Assembly: GCA_951406725.2 (NCBI GenBank)
Contig: OX597828.1
Location: 7,998,001 to 8,062,000 of the forward strand
Origin: Octopus vulgaris
Taxonomy: Eukaryota
Length of the DNA: 64,000 nt
Direction of reading: 5' to 3'
Below are positions 40,493 to 55,431 of the stretch, piece by piece. How positions within the stretch are numbered: the first letter of the stretch is position 1; each line of letters begins with the position of its first letter. The notes below the pieces were generated by a model that did not search any database, was not told the DNA's origin, and was given only the letters and a program-made list of their open reading frames with translations. The translations under genes and the position numbers were made by a program.

Positions 40493-42239
40493 TTGTTCTC
40501 TTCAAGCCTTTCTTTTAGGATCCCAAGACTATCATCTTCCCGCTATCTCTTTCCACTCATGTTTATTCTTCGATCCGTACTTGTAAATCTTCTCTGGGTC
40601 ATTTCCAATACTTGCTCGATCTTTTACAGCCCTTCAAAATGGACGAGATGCTTAGAATATTGTTTCACATCGCCTCTGTGCAAACATTCAAAAACAAAAA
40701 GTTCATTTGCCTGAAGAAATAATTCAAGCAGATGGAAGAAAAGCTCAACTATGGAAGACCACAATGATATTAATATTGAAGAAACTCGGTAGTTCGTCGC
40801 TGCAAAATGCACAAGCGTTCAAATCACCTTCAACAGATTAACATGTGTCGAATTTCCACAAAACTGACATAGCGCCCAATTTAAGGAGGCCTGTTTGTAC
40901 TTGGCTATCGTTTTTAACAATGAACTCTTCAGGATGTCAAACACATCCTGCGTTTCCCGTTTTAATACATACTCTCTTATATAAATGCTCTAGAGTTACT
41001 CTTCTGAGACATAGAGAGAAAGTTGGTGACTGTGACTTAACTCACCAGGAGTTGGTTGAGCTCGGTCTGCCTGAATTAGGAACTTTACCCAATGGAGTGC
41101 CACTCTCAAAAGTTGAGAGCCTTTGTTCATTTGACTTTGCCTCAGCTTAATTCCAGCTCAGTCAGGATTCCTGTTGTCGCATTTCAACTCACAGGCTCGT
41201 CCTTTCCAGTCGATGATTGCACCTCATTCTGGATACGCAGTTTCTTGCCCTTTCCTTACACCTTATCCTAGTGAGATATTTGAGGGCTACCCAGGTCAGT
41301 CCTTCCTCAAGGTATAATACCCACGGTGTCTCTGTATCTTAGCGGAGACTCTGCAGATTTGACAGCCTCTAGTGCACCTCATTTCTGTCTTGTTCTGACC
41401 TCAATATCAGCCTAAAAAATCTATAGGTTCGTAGGAGTCTCAGTATTGCAGCACCTTCCTAGTAGAGATCATCACGAATTCTTCTGCCAGGAAGATTCAA
41501 CTAATTTCAGTTTCTAATTAATGGAACGTATTTATATGCTGCTAACCAAAACCGAAACTAAAACTACTTCTAACACTGATTTGGTTTACTACATGATACT
41601 TACTAGATTCCACCTCCTACGAATAAAAATCATCGACTTGTCATGCCTCTCTAGAATCCTCCTGTCCCTCATGACTGATGAAGTAATCACAGTTACATCA
41701 ATAAAGGGTCAAAAAGGGGCTCCCGAAATCAAAACACAGAGAGCGACTCTGCATATCATTGCACTACACTTCCGCCGAACTCAGCAACATGTCCAGTGCA
41801 AGCGCGAAAAGGCTCGTATACATCACATAAACACTCCAACGCTTTGTGACAGATTGGAAAGGAAAATTGCTGAATCCAGTTCGATGAATTGTATCTGCAA
41901 TCCAACAGACCAAGATTGTAAGGGACTGCATCACACTGATTATTCAGTAGAAAACACATCACGTTCGCTATAAACAATACACGCATATTCATACAAACAT
42001 ACACGATTGGGAGTGTTTGTGTGTGTGTGTGTGTGTATGTGTGTGTGCGCGCGCGCGCGTGTGTGTACGTGTGTGTGTATGTGACAGAGTGAAGGTAATT
42101 ATACACATAGATACAATCAAACACACACACACGTACACACATATCTATTTATGTATCTACATTTGCACACGTATCTATTTACGTATCTATGTATCTGTCT
42201 ATATGCCTTTGTACATACATACATACATACATACATACA

Positions 42240-42275
<36 letters not shown>

Positions 42276-42283
42276 TATATATA

Positions 42284-42343
<60 letters not shown>

Positions 42344-43080
42344 TTATATGTACACACACACGTATACACACCAACATACACATACATAGTTATAATCACA
42401 CATACGAATAAATATATACATATATAAATATATATACTGCTATATGCTTTTACGTATACATAAAACCGTGTGGAGGTCACATGAGTGTGTGTGTATGTGT
42501 GTATGTGTGTGCGTGTTTATGTTGATTTAAGTTTATGTATAGACATGTAAATAAAGACTGACAGTGGGAAAGAGGCGACAAGAGAAGAGGAATGTGTGTG
42601 GTGTTAACGGTGAGGCAGTAATTAGAATCTCTTATACGACATGAAAAAGGAATCGGTGCTTTGATGTTACGCATGCATTATAGCTAAGACGTTTGCACTC
42701 ACACGCATCCAGTTATGAATTCGCTAATATAAGTATATATGTGTATGCGTGCATACATGTCTAGTGTGTGTTTTTGTGTTTGTGTGTTTGTGTTTAGAAA
42801 CGTACACGCATATATGTTCTTCGTTAACACTATGAGAATCGATATGGGGTGGGTGGGTGGGGGGAAGAATTTGAAACTCTGAGTAATGACTGACGTACGA
42901 AATGTCTACGTCAGTCATTAGTCAGGGATTAATATACTATTCTATCCTAAAAAATCAGTGTTGAGTCTTCTTTTCATACGCTTAGTTGGTGTTCACATTA
43001 CAATGTAAGCACAACCTCACACATAGACATAAACGTTCACGCATATAAACATACACACACACATATATATATATATACAC

Positions 43081-43126
<46 letters not shown>

Positions 43127-43159
43127 TCATACAAACGTACACATCCACACACACATATG

Positions 43160-43630
<471 letters not shown>

Positions 43631-43639
43631 CTCTATACA

Positions 43640-43689
43640 ATATCATTATTATTATTATTGTTGTTATTGTTATTGTTATTATTATTATT

Positions 43690-43774
<85 letters not shown>

Positions 43775-43991
43775 GTGATGATGATGATCTGATGATGATG
43801 ATGATGATAATAATAATAAAAAAATCCATCCATGAATTTATTTATTTGTTAATTTTTAAATACATATTTTACCTGCGAATTTGCGTTGTAATCTGGGAAT
43901 GCATGCAATGAGCTTCTCTGCCCTAGGTGTACGGAAAACACCCGGCGAGAATCGGAAGAAAATTTGAAGAAAGAAGGAAAAAATTGTAATG

Positions 43992-44087
<96 letters not shown>

Positions 44088-44090
44088 TTA
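43640..44090. repeat. (ATT)n/(AAT)n arrays flanking a ~150-bp unique insert
   Basis: Direct reading. Confidence 0.9.
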
Positions 44091-44596
44091 ACAATATATA
44101 TATGTATGTATATATATATATATGTACATACGCTCGAAACGTTAAACCCTTCTTCTTCCCTTCTTTCCTGAGCGTCCAAAAATACTTTATTTGTTCCACG
44201 TCCTCGCGTTGCTGTGTTTTTTTTTGTGTTTTCTTGTTTGGATTAACTATATACTTATATATATATATATAGATATATATATATACATACATACATACAT
44301 ATATACTCTTTCATCTTCCCTTGGTGTACATCTTAAGGCACCCTAAGGCTGTTGTAATATCGTTGTATTACGATGGCATAAGTTTGCGTATACTTTTCAT
44401 ACTGACTTACTTGAGGACACTGTTCTATACTTAGACTCGTATACATATATTCTTACATATATATCCTACACATGTGGGTAAGTATTTGTATGTGTATAGA
44501 TATTCACATATAAATGGAAACTCTGAATAACCCATTCGAGTAAAATTTCTATTTAGTGCCTCCGTCCGCTTCATTTTTCTGCTCTTTCATTTAACA

Positions 44597-44871
44597 CAGT
44601 GTTTTTCAACCATCTTTTTCATATAGACCTCTTCGATTCCAATTTTATATGATTTAACTCTCCTAGTAATTCAGTGTTTAAAAAAAAAATCATATATTTA
44701 TTGCAAAATATTATTAGAAATTGCATTAAAAGAATTTCTTAAAATATTTTACGCATTATAGTAGCATAATCAATTTAGTGCTGATAAATGTTTGACGATA
44801 AAATCTTATATGGACCTCCAAGTGACATATGGAACTCCAAGGGCCATATGGACTCCGGTTAAGAACCACTG
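44597..44871. mobile_element. hAT-type MITE
   Basis: TIRs CAGTGTTTTTCAACC and GGTTAAGAACCACTG; flanks ATTTAACA and GTTTAATA (6/8 match, 8-bp TSD-like); subterminal ATATGGA repeats. Confidence 0.8.
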
Positions 44872-45548
44872 GTTTAATACGTCGACAATTTGAGGAGGAA
44901 AGAGAAATTGGGTACATACTATATTGCAATTATGATAATAATATAAATTTAACGAAAACTGAAAGCAATGCGTCTTGTTCCGTTTCTAATTGCTGCTCTC
45001 CAGATAACTGTGCAAAATTAAATATGAAATTTCGTATATATTATGCGTAGACGAAATATTTTAAAGTATTATAAGGGACGCTTTTGGATAAATAATGAAT
45101 ACAAGAAATAATGGATAATAATTTTCTTGTTACATGAAAAACAAGAAGTGCAAGGTAACAGAGTACAAACTGTAAAAATATATGTATATAAGAAAAAAAT
45201 AAACATTGGTACAAAAAGTGTTAAGCATATGAGAAAAAAGTTACGTTACTCTGTACATGTTATAACGTTGACATTTTTGTGGGAAAGTGAAATGAAACGC
45301 GCTAATTGGGAGTCTTTCAAAATATTTCTTATGCAAACTCATGGAGTGCATACCACCAACTGGAATCAACCACAAGAGGTCTCATAAATTGGAAACGAAC
45401 CTTTTGAGGCGTTTCCACAGTGACCTAATATCTCTGATCATTCGTTTATTTTGTGAGTGTTTTGAAGTGCTATAATAATTTTTTGATTATGCAATATTTG
45501 CACTAAAAAACAACAACAAAAATTGAGGTTCTAATGACTCTTAACTCT

Positions 45549-45916
45549 ATGTATGTATGTATGTATGTATGTATGTATGTATGTATGTATGTATGTATGA
45601 ATGTATGTATGCATGTATGTATGTATTTATGTATGTATGTATGTATGCATGCATGTATGTATCCATGCATGTATGTAGTATGTATGTATGCATGCAGGTA
45701 TGTATGCATGCCTGTATGTATGCAGTATGTATGTATGCATGCCTGTATGTATGTTGTATGTATGTATGCATGCATGTATGTAGTATGTATATATATATGT
45801 ATGTATGTATCTACGTATGTATCTATCTCTCTATATGTTTATCTATCTATATTTGTATATCTATGTATCTATATAGTGTGTACGCACGTTCGTATGCAGG
45901 CGTATGTGAGAGAAAG

Positions 45917-45989
<73 letters not shown>

Positions 45990-45990
45990 G
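45549..45990. repeat. Compound (TATG)n..(GA)n microsatellite
   Basis: Direct reading. Confidence 0.9.
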
Positions 45991-46826
45991 ACCGTTGGTA
46001 TTCGAATATGTGTATATATGATCATGTACATTCAAACACGCTCACAAACACACACATGTAGATATGTTGGCTTCAGAAATATAGAAATAATTGGCGCCAG
46101 GCTTATAACGATGATTGTGACCCATTCTTCAACCCACTTCGCATGCAATATTAACAATGTCGGAAAGGTATGAAAGCCTTTATATCTTGTTAGCCTACTC
46201 ATGATAATGGCATTGGTAGCCCGTTTGCATAAGATATTTAATCACTAGTGATCAATTATCTATTCTTGCTCATATCTATGTGTGTGTCTAATATTTTGTA
46301 CTAATGAGTATATGTGAAGAAGTGTGTTGAGTAAAACACGTCCACAACCTAGGCTACCTGCTGTCATCCACGGTTGGGGTATAATTCCCCTGGATCTACG
46401 GCAGAAATTATGCAGTGTCAGTTGTGATGATAATAATTAGTGAAGGAAATTGAAGATACATTTAGCACTAGTCTGCGTTCAGTAAGTCAATCGTTTCGAC
46501 TCGTCCTGAAACTGTCCGTTATGGGTAGAAATTTGTGCATCTAATGGGGTTGCGTCAATCTGCGCAGTTTGTGTCACATCAGGTACACGCATAAAGAAGG
46601 ATATGTCCTGCTACACATACTGAGATGTTGTTCCTGCTTGCTGTATCTTGAGACACAGAATCCTACTCTTAACGGAGAGTTGCAGGATGAGTCAATGCGA
46701 TCGTCGGACTGAACAGAGGCGTTTTTCCGCTTCCTTCACCAGTTATATTTATATGTGTGTGTGTGTGTATAAATATATATGTATGGATATATTTACACAG
46801 CAACACACATATATTCAGATATATAT

Positions 46827-46866
<40 letters not shown>

Positions 46867-46953
46867 CTTCTGCCATTTTCCTGAGTGCCTAATAATAATA
46901 ATATTGTAATTGTTCCACGTGTTGTTGTTTTTTCTGTTTTCCCGTTTGGATTA

Positions 46954-47540
<587 letters not shown>

Positions 47541-47634
47541 ACATATATAGACATAGACATATTCATCTTACACAAATGTTTTAAATCATATTTTTCCATA
47601 TTTATGTTTAAATATGTATGTGCATAAATGCATG

Positions 47635-47676
<42 letters not shown>

Positions 47677-48685
47677 AGTGTGTGTGTGTATGTATACATG
47701 TATACACATATATACATGTATATATATACACATGTTTATATATATAATATATACACACGCACACACATAAATATGGAAACACACATACACGCGCACACAC
47801 GTATATACGGCCTTACACATTTATTTATTTATATATGTGCGTGGGTGTATAAATAAACACATAGAGACAGACATAACATGTCGACTGAGACAGAACAACA
47901 TCAATCGACCATCATCTTAACAGGGTCAAACACGTACATGTGAACCTGAGAACCTCATTATAGTAATGTTCAGTGTCCATTTTTTTTTTATGCAGCTAGC
48001 ATCAGTGCATGTCTTCATCGCTATGCGAATCGCATATACAGACTAAAAATAAATAAGTACATAAATAAATAAATAAATAGCACCTATATCGCGCCAGAAA
48101 TATAACATGAGTATTATAAAAGAAACGTAAAGATAGAGATATAGAGAAGAAACAGAAATATACACATACACATCAAAGCGCGAGCACACTCTCGTACTCG
48201 CTCACACTGAAATTATACATATACACTGACACACTAAACAGAGAGACCTAGACGGAGCAAACATGCTACAGGAAATGTAAAGTGATTATGAAAATAGAAG
48301 AAGCATGTTATAGTAATTAACAGAGAAGCTAAAGGCACGAGGCATATAAGTTCTCAGAGAATATCAGAAACATTTTTTGAGATAAAATTACATTTTCAGT
48401 AGGAAATTGAGAAGTAATTTACAATGACTTTTGGAAGACCGTTTCTCTAAACGATTGCAGCCCACCGATTCCGTGAATATTTTGATGTTTAGCATGGAAT
48501 ATATAAAAGAAACAGCTGTTTCATTTCACATGTATGTATGTATTTATGCAGGCAAGTATGTGTGTATGCATGTATGCATGAATGCATGCATGAACGTTCT
48601 CTTTCAACTTTTAATTATAGAGGAAATTTTGACCCTCCATCTACTTGGTAGCAAGGATGTGAAAGAAAGCATCTTGCTTTAAGTA

Positions 48686-48935
48686 TCAACATTTAAATTT
48701 TAAGAAGGGCTTGTTGAGTTTTGTTGTAACAAATATCGTGATCATTTGTAGCATATTAATTAAGGATTTGCTTTCCCTCCCCAATATCCCAAGTTTAACC
48801 ATACTTTGCTCCGAATAGTATGGTATGTATTCTGTTTCTCGAATAATAACGGATATGAACCTGAAAGTGTATCTTAGATTTGAAAACTCCTTATCAAAGG
48901 TCCGTAGATGTCCTCTTTCTCTTCTATTTTTCTTG
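48686..48935 (-). mobile_element. Diverged 3' end of an R4/Dong-like retroelement
   Basis: YTFRFISVII..MVKLGILGRESKSLINMLQ resembles YKFRFIPVII..LEKLGFSGTERRMPIRKLQ at 49343-49630. Confidence 0.6.
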
Positions 48936-48944
48936 AACGTAAGT

Positions 48945-49085
48945 ATGTATGAATGTATGTATGTCATTATTTAGCTTATTTCAAGATTTCTTGCTAATTG
49001 AGAAAGAATCAGTTTCTAACTTAGATTCAAGTTTCCTTCATTGGAATTTCAACATCAACATCGGGGTAGCTTTGTATGTATGTAC

Positions 49086-49116
<31 letters not shown>

Positions 49117-52100
49117 TGTATGTATGTATGTATGTATGCATGTATGTATGGATGTAAGTATAGATGTATGTATGCATGCATGCATGTGTGTATGTATGTG
49201 TGTATGTATGCATGTATGTATATATGTATGTATGCATGTATATATGTATGCATGTATGTATGTATGTATGTGCAGATTTGTGTGGTTTATGTCTATATTC
49301 TCATGCATATATATCTGCATATCTAGACATGCTCCTATATATTTAAATGATAAACTTCTGGTAAGTTTTACAGATTTTTACAGTCCCAGAGATGGACTGG
49401 ATCTGTAGTTTTCGAATTGGCATTCTCCTTTCTGTTCCTGAGAAGCCCAATTTCTCAAGATTGGTATTTAGGTAGTGTGTTACATATCCCTGGGTTCCAA
49501 TAATTACAGGTATAAACCTGAACTTGTAATCTGGATAGAGTAATGATAGATTTCTCAATAGTTCAGCATAGGTGTTCTCGTTTTCACTGATCTTCCGTTT
49601 TATGTTAACATCCGCTGTTAACATCCCCAACTATGCACAGTTTCTCTTCCCTATCCCAAATCATAATATCAGGTCTTTTGTGCTTACATTTTATTGAGGT
49701 CTTCACTGGTGAGTCCTAGCTACAACGTCATATCTCATCGGTAGATAATACCATGATGACATTTTTGGACAATTGCTTATGATGTTGGTGTGAACTTCAC
49801 AAAATTTGTTCGGCTGTCAAACTTTACGGCTTTACCTGCATCTCTATCCCTTTTGTGCATCAGGTACTTGGTTAATATTTCCCATTCCCGGATTGCAAAC
49901 GCATACCCTTCAAAGTGGGAGGTAGTAATCCGGCTATTCGTCAACTACTTTGCTGATCGATGTTACTATCATCATGGAGCTTTCTAGTAGCATATCCATG
50001 AATAGTCTTGTGGTCATATAGGCTCATCCGTTCATCTGATGATATGTTGCGGTAGAGTCTTGCGACTTCTTTGGGCATGTATTCTGGCTTATTAGACAAA
50101 GAGTGTTGCTCAAGTAGCTGCCTTCCAAGTCTTATGTTGTAATCAGCCTCATGTATGCAAACTTGGTCAAGCGATGGACTTCGACACTTGGTGGTTAAAA
50201 GATGTTGCTGAATGGATATGATGCCACATTCAAAGGCATTTTAGATCGATGTTAATGTACTTCCGCCTTGTTCTCGTTTAAATAGAGGCGGTCTACATCA
50301 CTGTTTATGTGGAAATTATGTGTGCTTGTTAGTATTTTTCAGGTTTTCGCATCAATGGCTCAGATCTCATCAAACGTCAAATCAAGCAGTCGAAATGTTG
50401 GTATGAGTACTTTCCCTTCAGACACATTGTGGGCCTCTGTTTTATGGAATGCAGAGAGTTCTGTGGTCCAAACTTTCTTTATTCAGCTGTAATATTCTTT
50501 AGTGACACGTGTTTTGCTACAGGTACCACTGTAATATATATTTTCATCCACCCCTAGATACCTGTAACATTCCTCATCAGATACAGGGGAAAAAGTCAAA
50601 TCATTAATGGAAATATTATTAGTCTGGTTTATAGTTTTCTCGCTTTTCACAACCTTAGAACAACATTTATCCTGACCAAACTCCAATCCTACATCCTTTG
50701 AGAATGTTATAACTAGGTCAAGGCTCTTTTTCATCTCATGCATATTCTTTGCATAAAGTATTAAGTCATCCACAAAGAAACAGTGTGTGATTTTGGTATC
50801 TCTGTTTCCTTGAGAACCAGTAAGATATCCGTCAGACTTCCTTAACAAGAATGACAAGGGGTTTACAGAAACTATAAACAACATCACAGAGAGGCTGTCT
50901 CCTTGGAATATGCCTTTGCGATACTGTATTCTATCGGTGATAATACATTCACTCTTTGTGTTTAATTTGAAGATGGTGGCCCAGAATGAACTCCGATCAG
51001 CTATGGCTTTTCTATTCTCACCGGAACTTTAGCAAGTTGAAGGGTATCCATGAGTGGTGAACAGAGTCAAAGGCTTTTCTGATAGCTAGCCACATTGAAA
51101 CTAGGTTACTCCTATGCTCTCGCACCTCTGACATCACAGTTTTGTTGATTAACAATTGTTAGGCACATCCCCGAACTCCCTTCTTTCCAGCTGTTTGTTT
51201 TACTGTGATAATGCTATTGGTTTCACAATGGTCCTGGCGGAAGAGGTTTAAACATGCTGTATTTATTTGATACATTAAGTTCTGACGTGCAATTGGCCGG
51301 TAGATTTTTTTTTTGCCATGTGTGTAGTTCTGCATTTTGGGATCAATTTTGTCCCTGCCAGAGCTAACCAGTGTGGTATGCTGCTGTTCCCAGTCAAAGC
51401 TTGATGGTACAGATTAATAAGATATGGTCTGTGGAATGTTAACTTCTTGTACCAATATCCAACAATCAAATCTCTTCGAGGTGCTTTTCTATTCTGGAGT
51501 TTCTGGATCACAGTTGCAAGAGTTTCACCAGCAATGTTGTATGACTTGGATGTAATGCAGGAGCAATCACTTTTCAGATTTCTTCCAACCACAGAGCATC
51601 TTGGTTATATTCTGTTGGTGGGGCGTATAATGATTTGCTGGTTTGCATGCAATAAGGATCATTCTTTTCTACTCTAGGTACAAAGCCTGAAATTTTGGGA
51701 TAGGGGCCAGTCGATTAGATCGACCCCAGTACGCAACTGGTACTTAATTTATCGACCCCGAAAGGCAAAGAAGACCTCGGCGGAATTTGAACTGAGAACG
51801 TAAATACAGACGAAATACCTATTTCTTTGCTACCCACAAGTGGCTAAACACAGAGAGGACAAACAAGGACAGACATGCGGATTAAGTCGTTATATCGACC
51901 CCAGTGCGTAACTGGCACTTATTTTATCGACCCCGAAAGGATGAAAGGCAAAGTCGACCTCGGTGGAATTTGAACTCAGAACGTAGCGACAGACGAAATA
52001 CCGCAAAGCAATTTACCCGGCGAGCTAACGTTTCTGCCAGCTCGCCGTCTTGCAATAAGGATCATTACATGACTGATGGTCTTCCGTAAACCAGTTAACT

Positions 52101-52385
52101 TTTTCTCTGTCTTCAAAACCTATGATCGTACTTTCTTTGTTATTTTGGTTTAGTTTACCTTTTAAATATCATCCATGTACTGTTTTACAGTAGTAGACAG
52201 AGCATACAGACAGGTGTTAATCTGCCAGTATGTTGGTTAGTCATGCTGTTCTAAATACTCACCACCAATTTCGTTAACAACATTTAATACTGCATCTGAT
52301 GTTTCTTTTACTTACTTTGGCAGAGATTACTCTCTCCTCGAGAGTCCTTTAAAGCCAAATTTACTTTTTTCTTGGAAAATTTCAG
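48945..52385 (-). mobile_element. R4/Dong-clade non-LTR retrotransposon (RT plus restriction-like endonuclease), degenerate
   Basis: NRKAP..GYWYKKL, KAFDSV, GIFQGDSLS, ITHCFFVDDLILYA, GLEFGQDKC, YRYLGV, DVDRLYL, RPDIMIWD, IPVIIGTQG. Confidence 0.9.
51664..52050 (-). mobile_element. SINE B (two-unit form) with perfect 16-bp TSD, inside the R4-like ORF
   Basis: TGCAATAAGGATCATT at 51648-51663 and 52051-52066. Confidence 0.92.
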
Positions 52386-52406
52386 TAAGGGTACATTTGA
52401 CAGGCA

Positions 52407-52442
<36 letters not shown>

Positions 52443-52558
52443 TGTATGTATGTATGTATGTATGTATGTATGTATGTACGTATGTATGTATCTATGTATG
52501 TATGAATGTATGCATTTATGACTGTATGAATGTAGGAATATCTGAATATCTCTTTCAC

Positions 52559-52643
<85 letters not shown>

Positions 52644-52781
52644 ATATATATATAAATATATATTATATATATAGAGATTATAAATAGATATATAGACAGA
52701 CAGACATACATACATACATACATACATACATACAGACAGACAGACAGACAGGCAGACAGACAGGCAGACAGACAGACAGAC

Positions 52782-52877
<96 letters not shown>

Positions 52878-53342
52878 GTAGATATAAATATATTAATAAA
52901 AGCGTAATTCTGTCTGTCCCGTTGGGACTCCCATATCTCAGTCTAGATTTGCTCTACATAGACATTCCTTTTTGGAATCAGGAAGATCTCGGGATTGAAA
53001 ATCTACCCTTCATTTGGGTCTTGAACATCAAGCATTGAGATCTAATTTAAAAGCATTTGGCTTATTATTTCTATCAAGTGACCGTATGAGGTTTCAATGC
53101 TCTAGTACAAAAGTTACCTCCCTTAGCTTTAAGTTTTACTAAAGAATTTAATGGTTCTTTTCTCTTTTTCATTCATGAGGCTGCCGCCATGCTGGGACAC
53201 TGTCTTTTGTATGCCTGCTACTTTCCTTATTGGATTCTTTTACAGAAGGGCTAAGTTACGTGAACGTAAACACAACATCAGTTATCAAGCGGTGGTGGGG
53301 AACAAACGCAGACACCGAACCATATATATACATGCACGAACG

Positions 53343-53374
<32 letters not shown>

Positions 53375-53724
53375 ATTATAGTCATCTCCAAAGTGACGGA
53401 AGGTACTTGTCCGTACCAGCATTGCTAGAAATAAGAGAGCGCCTTTCTAATGTTTGAGAAGTGAGACAAGATCCCTCCCTACGGCGAGCGAGGAATCATA
53501 TCGGCACTGATTTCAGATTGGATTAATCTTCGTCATTGATACTTTACTCCATCACTGAGGGTTAAAGAACTCTGTAAATGCTTGCTGGCGACATTTTTGT
53601 ATCCTCGAAAGGGTATTTACCCGATTTTCTAAGCTGACTTGCGTTCGAGAATTGATTTATTTTGTGTGGACTACTAAGTCACTCGACGCTTATCATTTTG
53701 CTTACAATATGTGAATATTTCTTA

Positions 53725-54167
53725 AAGGACGGTGAGCTGGGAGGAACGTTAGCACGCCAAGTGAAATACTTAGTGTTATATCGTCTGTCTTTACGTTCTG
53801 AGTTCAAATTCAGACGAGTTCGATTTTGCCTTTCATCTTTTCGGGGTCGATAAATTAAGTACCAGTTGCGTCCTGGGGTTCGATCTAATCGACTGCTCCA
53901 CCCCTCGTTAACAATTTCGGGCCTTGTGCATTCATAAGAAATGAATGCATGCATATATAATGGCGGCAAACTGACAGAAAGGTTAGCAGCCGGGCAAAAT
54001 GCTTAGCGTTATTTCGTCTGCCGTTACGTTCTGAGTTCAAATTCCGCCGAGGTCGATTTTGCCTTTCATCTTTTCGGGGTTGATAAATTAAGTACCAGTT
54101 GCATATTGAGGTTGATGTAATCGACTGGCCCCCTCCCACAAAATTTCGAGCGCCTAAAGTAGAAATG
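53725..54167 (+). mobile_element. Two head-to-tail SINE B copies
   Basis: Each has a head, TTACGTTCTGAGTTCAAATTC, GATAAATTAAGTACCAGTTGC and an AGAAATGAAT tail. Confidence 0.85.
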
Positions 54168-54207
54168 AATATATATGTGTGTGTGTGTGTGTGTGTCTGT
54201 GTGTATG

Positions 54208-54249
<42 letters not shown>

Positions 54250-54574
54250 TACATATATATATACGTACATACATACATACATACATACATACATACATAC
54301 ATACATACATACATACATACATACATACATACATACATACTACATATATAATGTTATGTAACACATGCCAAAATATATGGAAATGTATTACATGATATAG
54401 AATAAATTGTGTTTGCCAACGTAAAGTGGCTGTCTTGATTAGGACGATGTTACTACCTTTTTTTTTGCTCAGGGAAACATCTTTACCAGTTGGCTATCGA
54501 CGCAAAACTCCGTCCTTATACTTGCATGTAAGTATATGTATACAGTTCTAAATTTAAGAGATGATGAAATATCT

Positions 54575-54726
54575 ACATTGTTTACATTATTTACATTTGA
54601 CGGATATTTATCCACCTCTTTTTTTGTAAATACAACGTTTCGGCTGATACATCAGCCGAAGTGTTGTGTTAACAGCAAAGAAGATGAGAACAGATATCCG
54701 TCAAATGTAAATAATGTAAATAATGT
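54575..54726. repeat. ~150-bp palindrome made of two inverted copies of a Penelope-like terminal sequence
   Basis: ACATTATTTACATTTGACGGATAT..CGTTTCGGCTGAT / ATCAGCCGAA..ATATCCGTCAAATGTAAATAATGT; same sequence as 59940-59960 plus 60446-60500. Confidence 0.85.
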
Positions 54727-55140
54727 ATATATAACTGTAACCTCCCCAATCTTATAAACTCAAAGAATGTATTTAATTCGCTGTGTGAGCGTACGTGCGC
54801 CAAGCCACGCATATGCCTATGCTCATGTCTACGTGTAAGTTTCACGAGCGAATGGACGTGCGCCAGACATCTTAATTAAAGGCGTTTATACATCCATACC
54901 TTCTAACAGTTATATTCAATAAATTTTTGCTGTGTTGTGTATTTATTTTTTGTTATTTCTGATGTTATTGATCTTCTATAATAATGAAGCTGTGTCCCTT
55001 AATCTGCTGCTTTTGTATACACACACCGAGAAGAAAATATACGTTGTTTTAACGAGAAAGATCTTGAAGTCACCTGAAGCGACACATCTACACCGACGGA
55101 TACTCCTGAACCAGTTGTTCAGTATCCCACCCATGAGGGA

Positions 55141-55431
55141 ATTTTTTTTTGTTCCATCTCGAGCCATGCCTGGCTCATAAGGGTCGCTTTCCCGGTTTCT
55201 TGGCGTATAGGTTCCCCACCTGAACGGGACGCCGGTCTGTCGCAGGTGAGCTGCAAGATGCAGGAGGAAAGAGTGAGAAGTCAGCAGAAGTTTCGCCATT
55301 ACCTTCTGCCGGAGCCGCGTGGAGCTTAGGTGTTTCGCTCATAAACACAGACATCACACGGTCTGAGATTCGAACTTGCGATCCCTCGACCGCGAGTCCG
55401 CTGCTCTAACCACTAGGCCATGTGCCTCCAC
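55141..55431 (-). mobile_element. SINE family D copy
   Basis: Minus-strand head TGGCCTAGTGGTTAGAGCAGCGG..GTTCGAATC; CCATGAGGGA and CCATGAAGGA flanks. Confidence 0.88.

Noticed and set aside
40071-40505. Thr/Asn-rich mucin-like ORF
   Set aside because: Degenerate trinucleotide repeat with no supporting gene structure
41521-41973. 150-aa ORF, and the neighbouring 40500-41500 region, as a host exon
   Set aside because: No motif or splice support visible; likely old repeat debris, left unassigned
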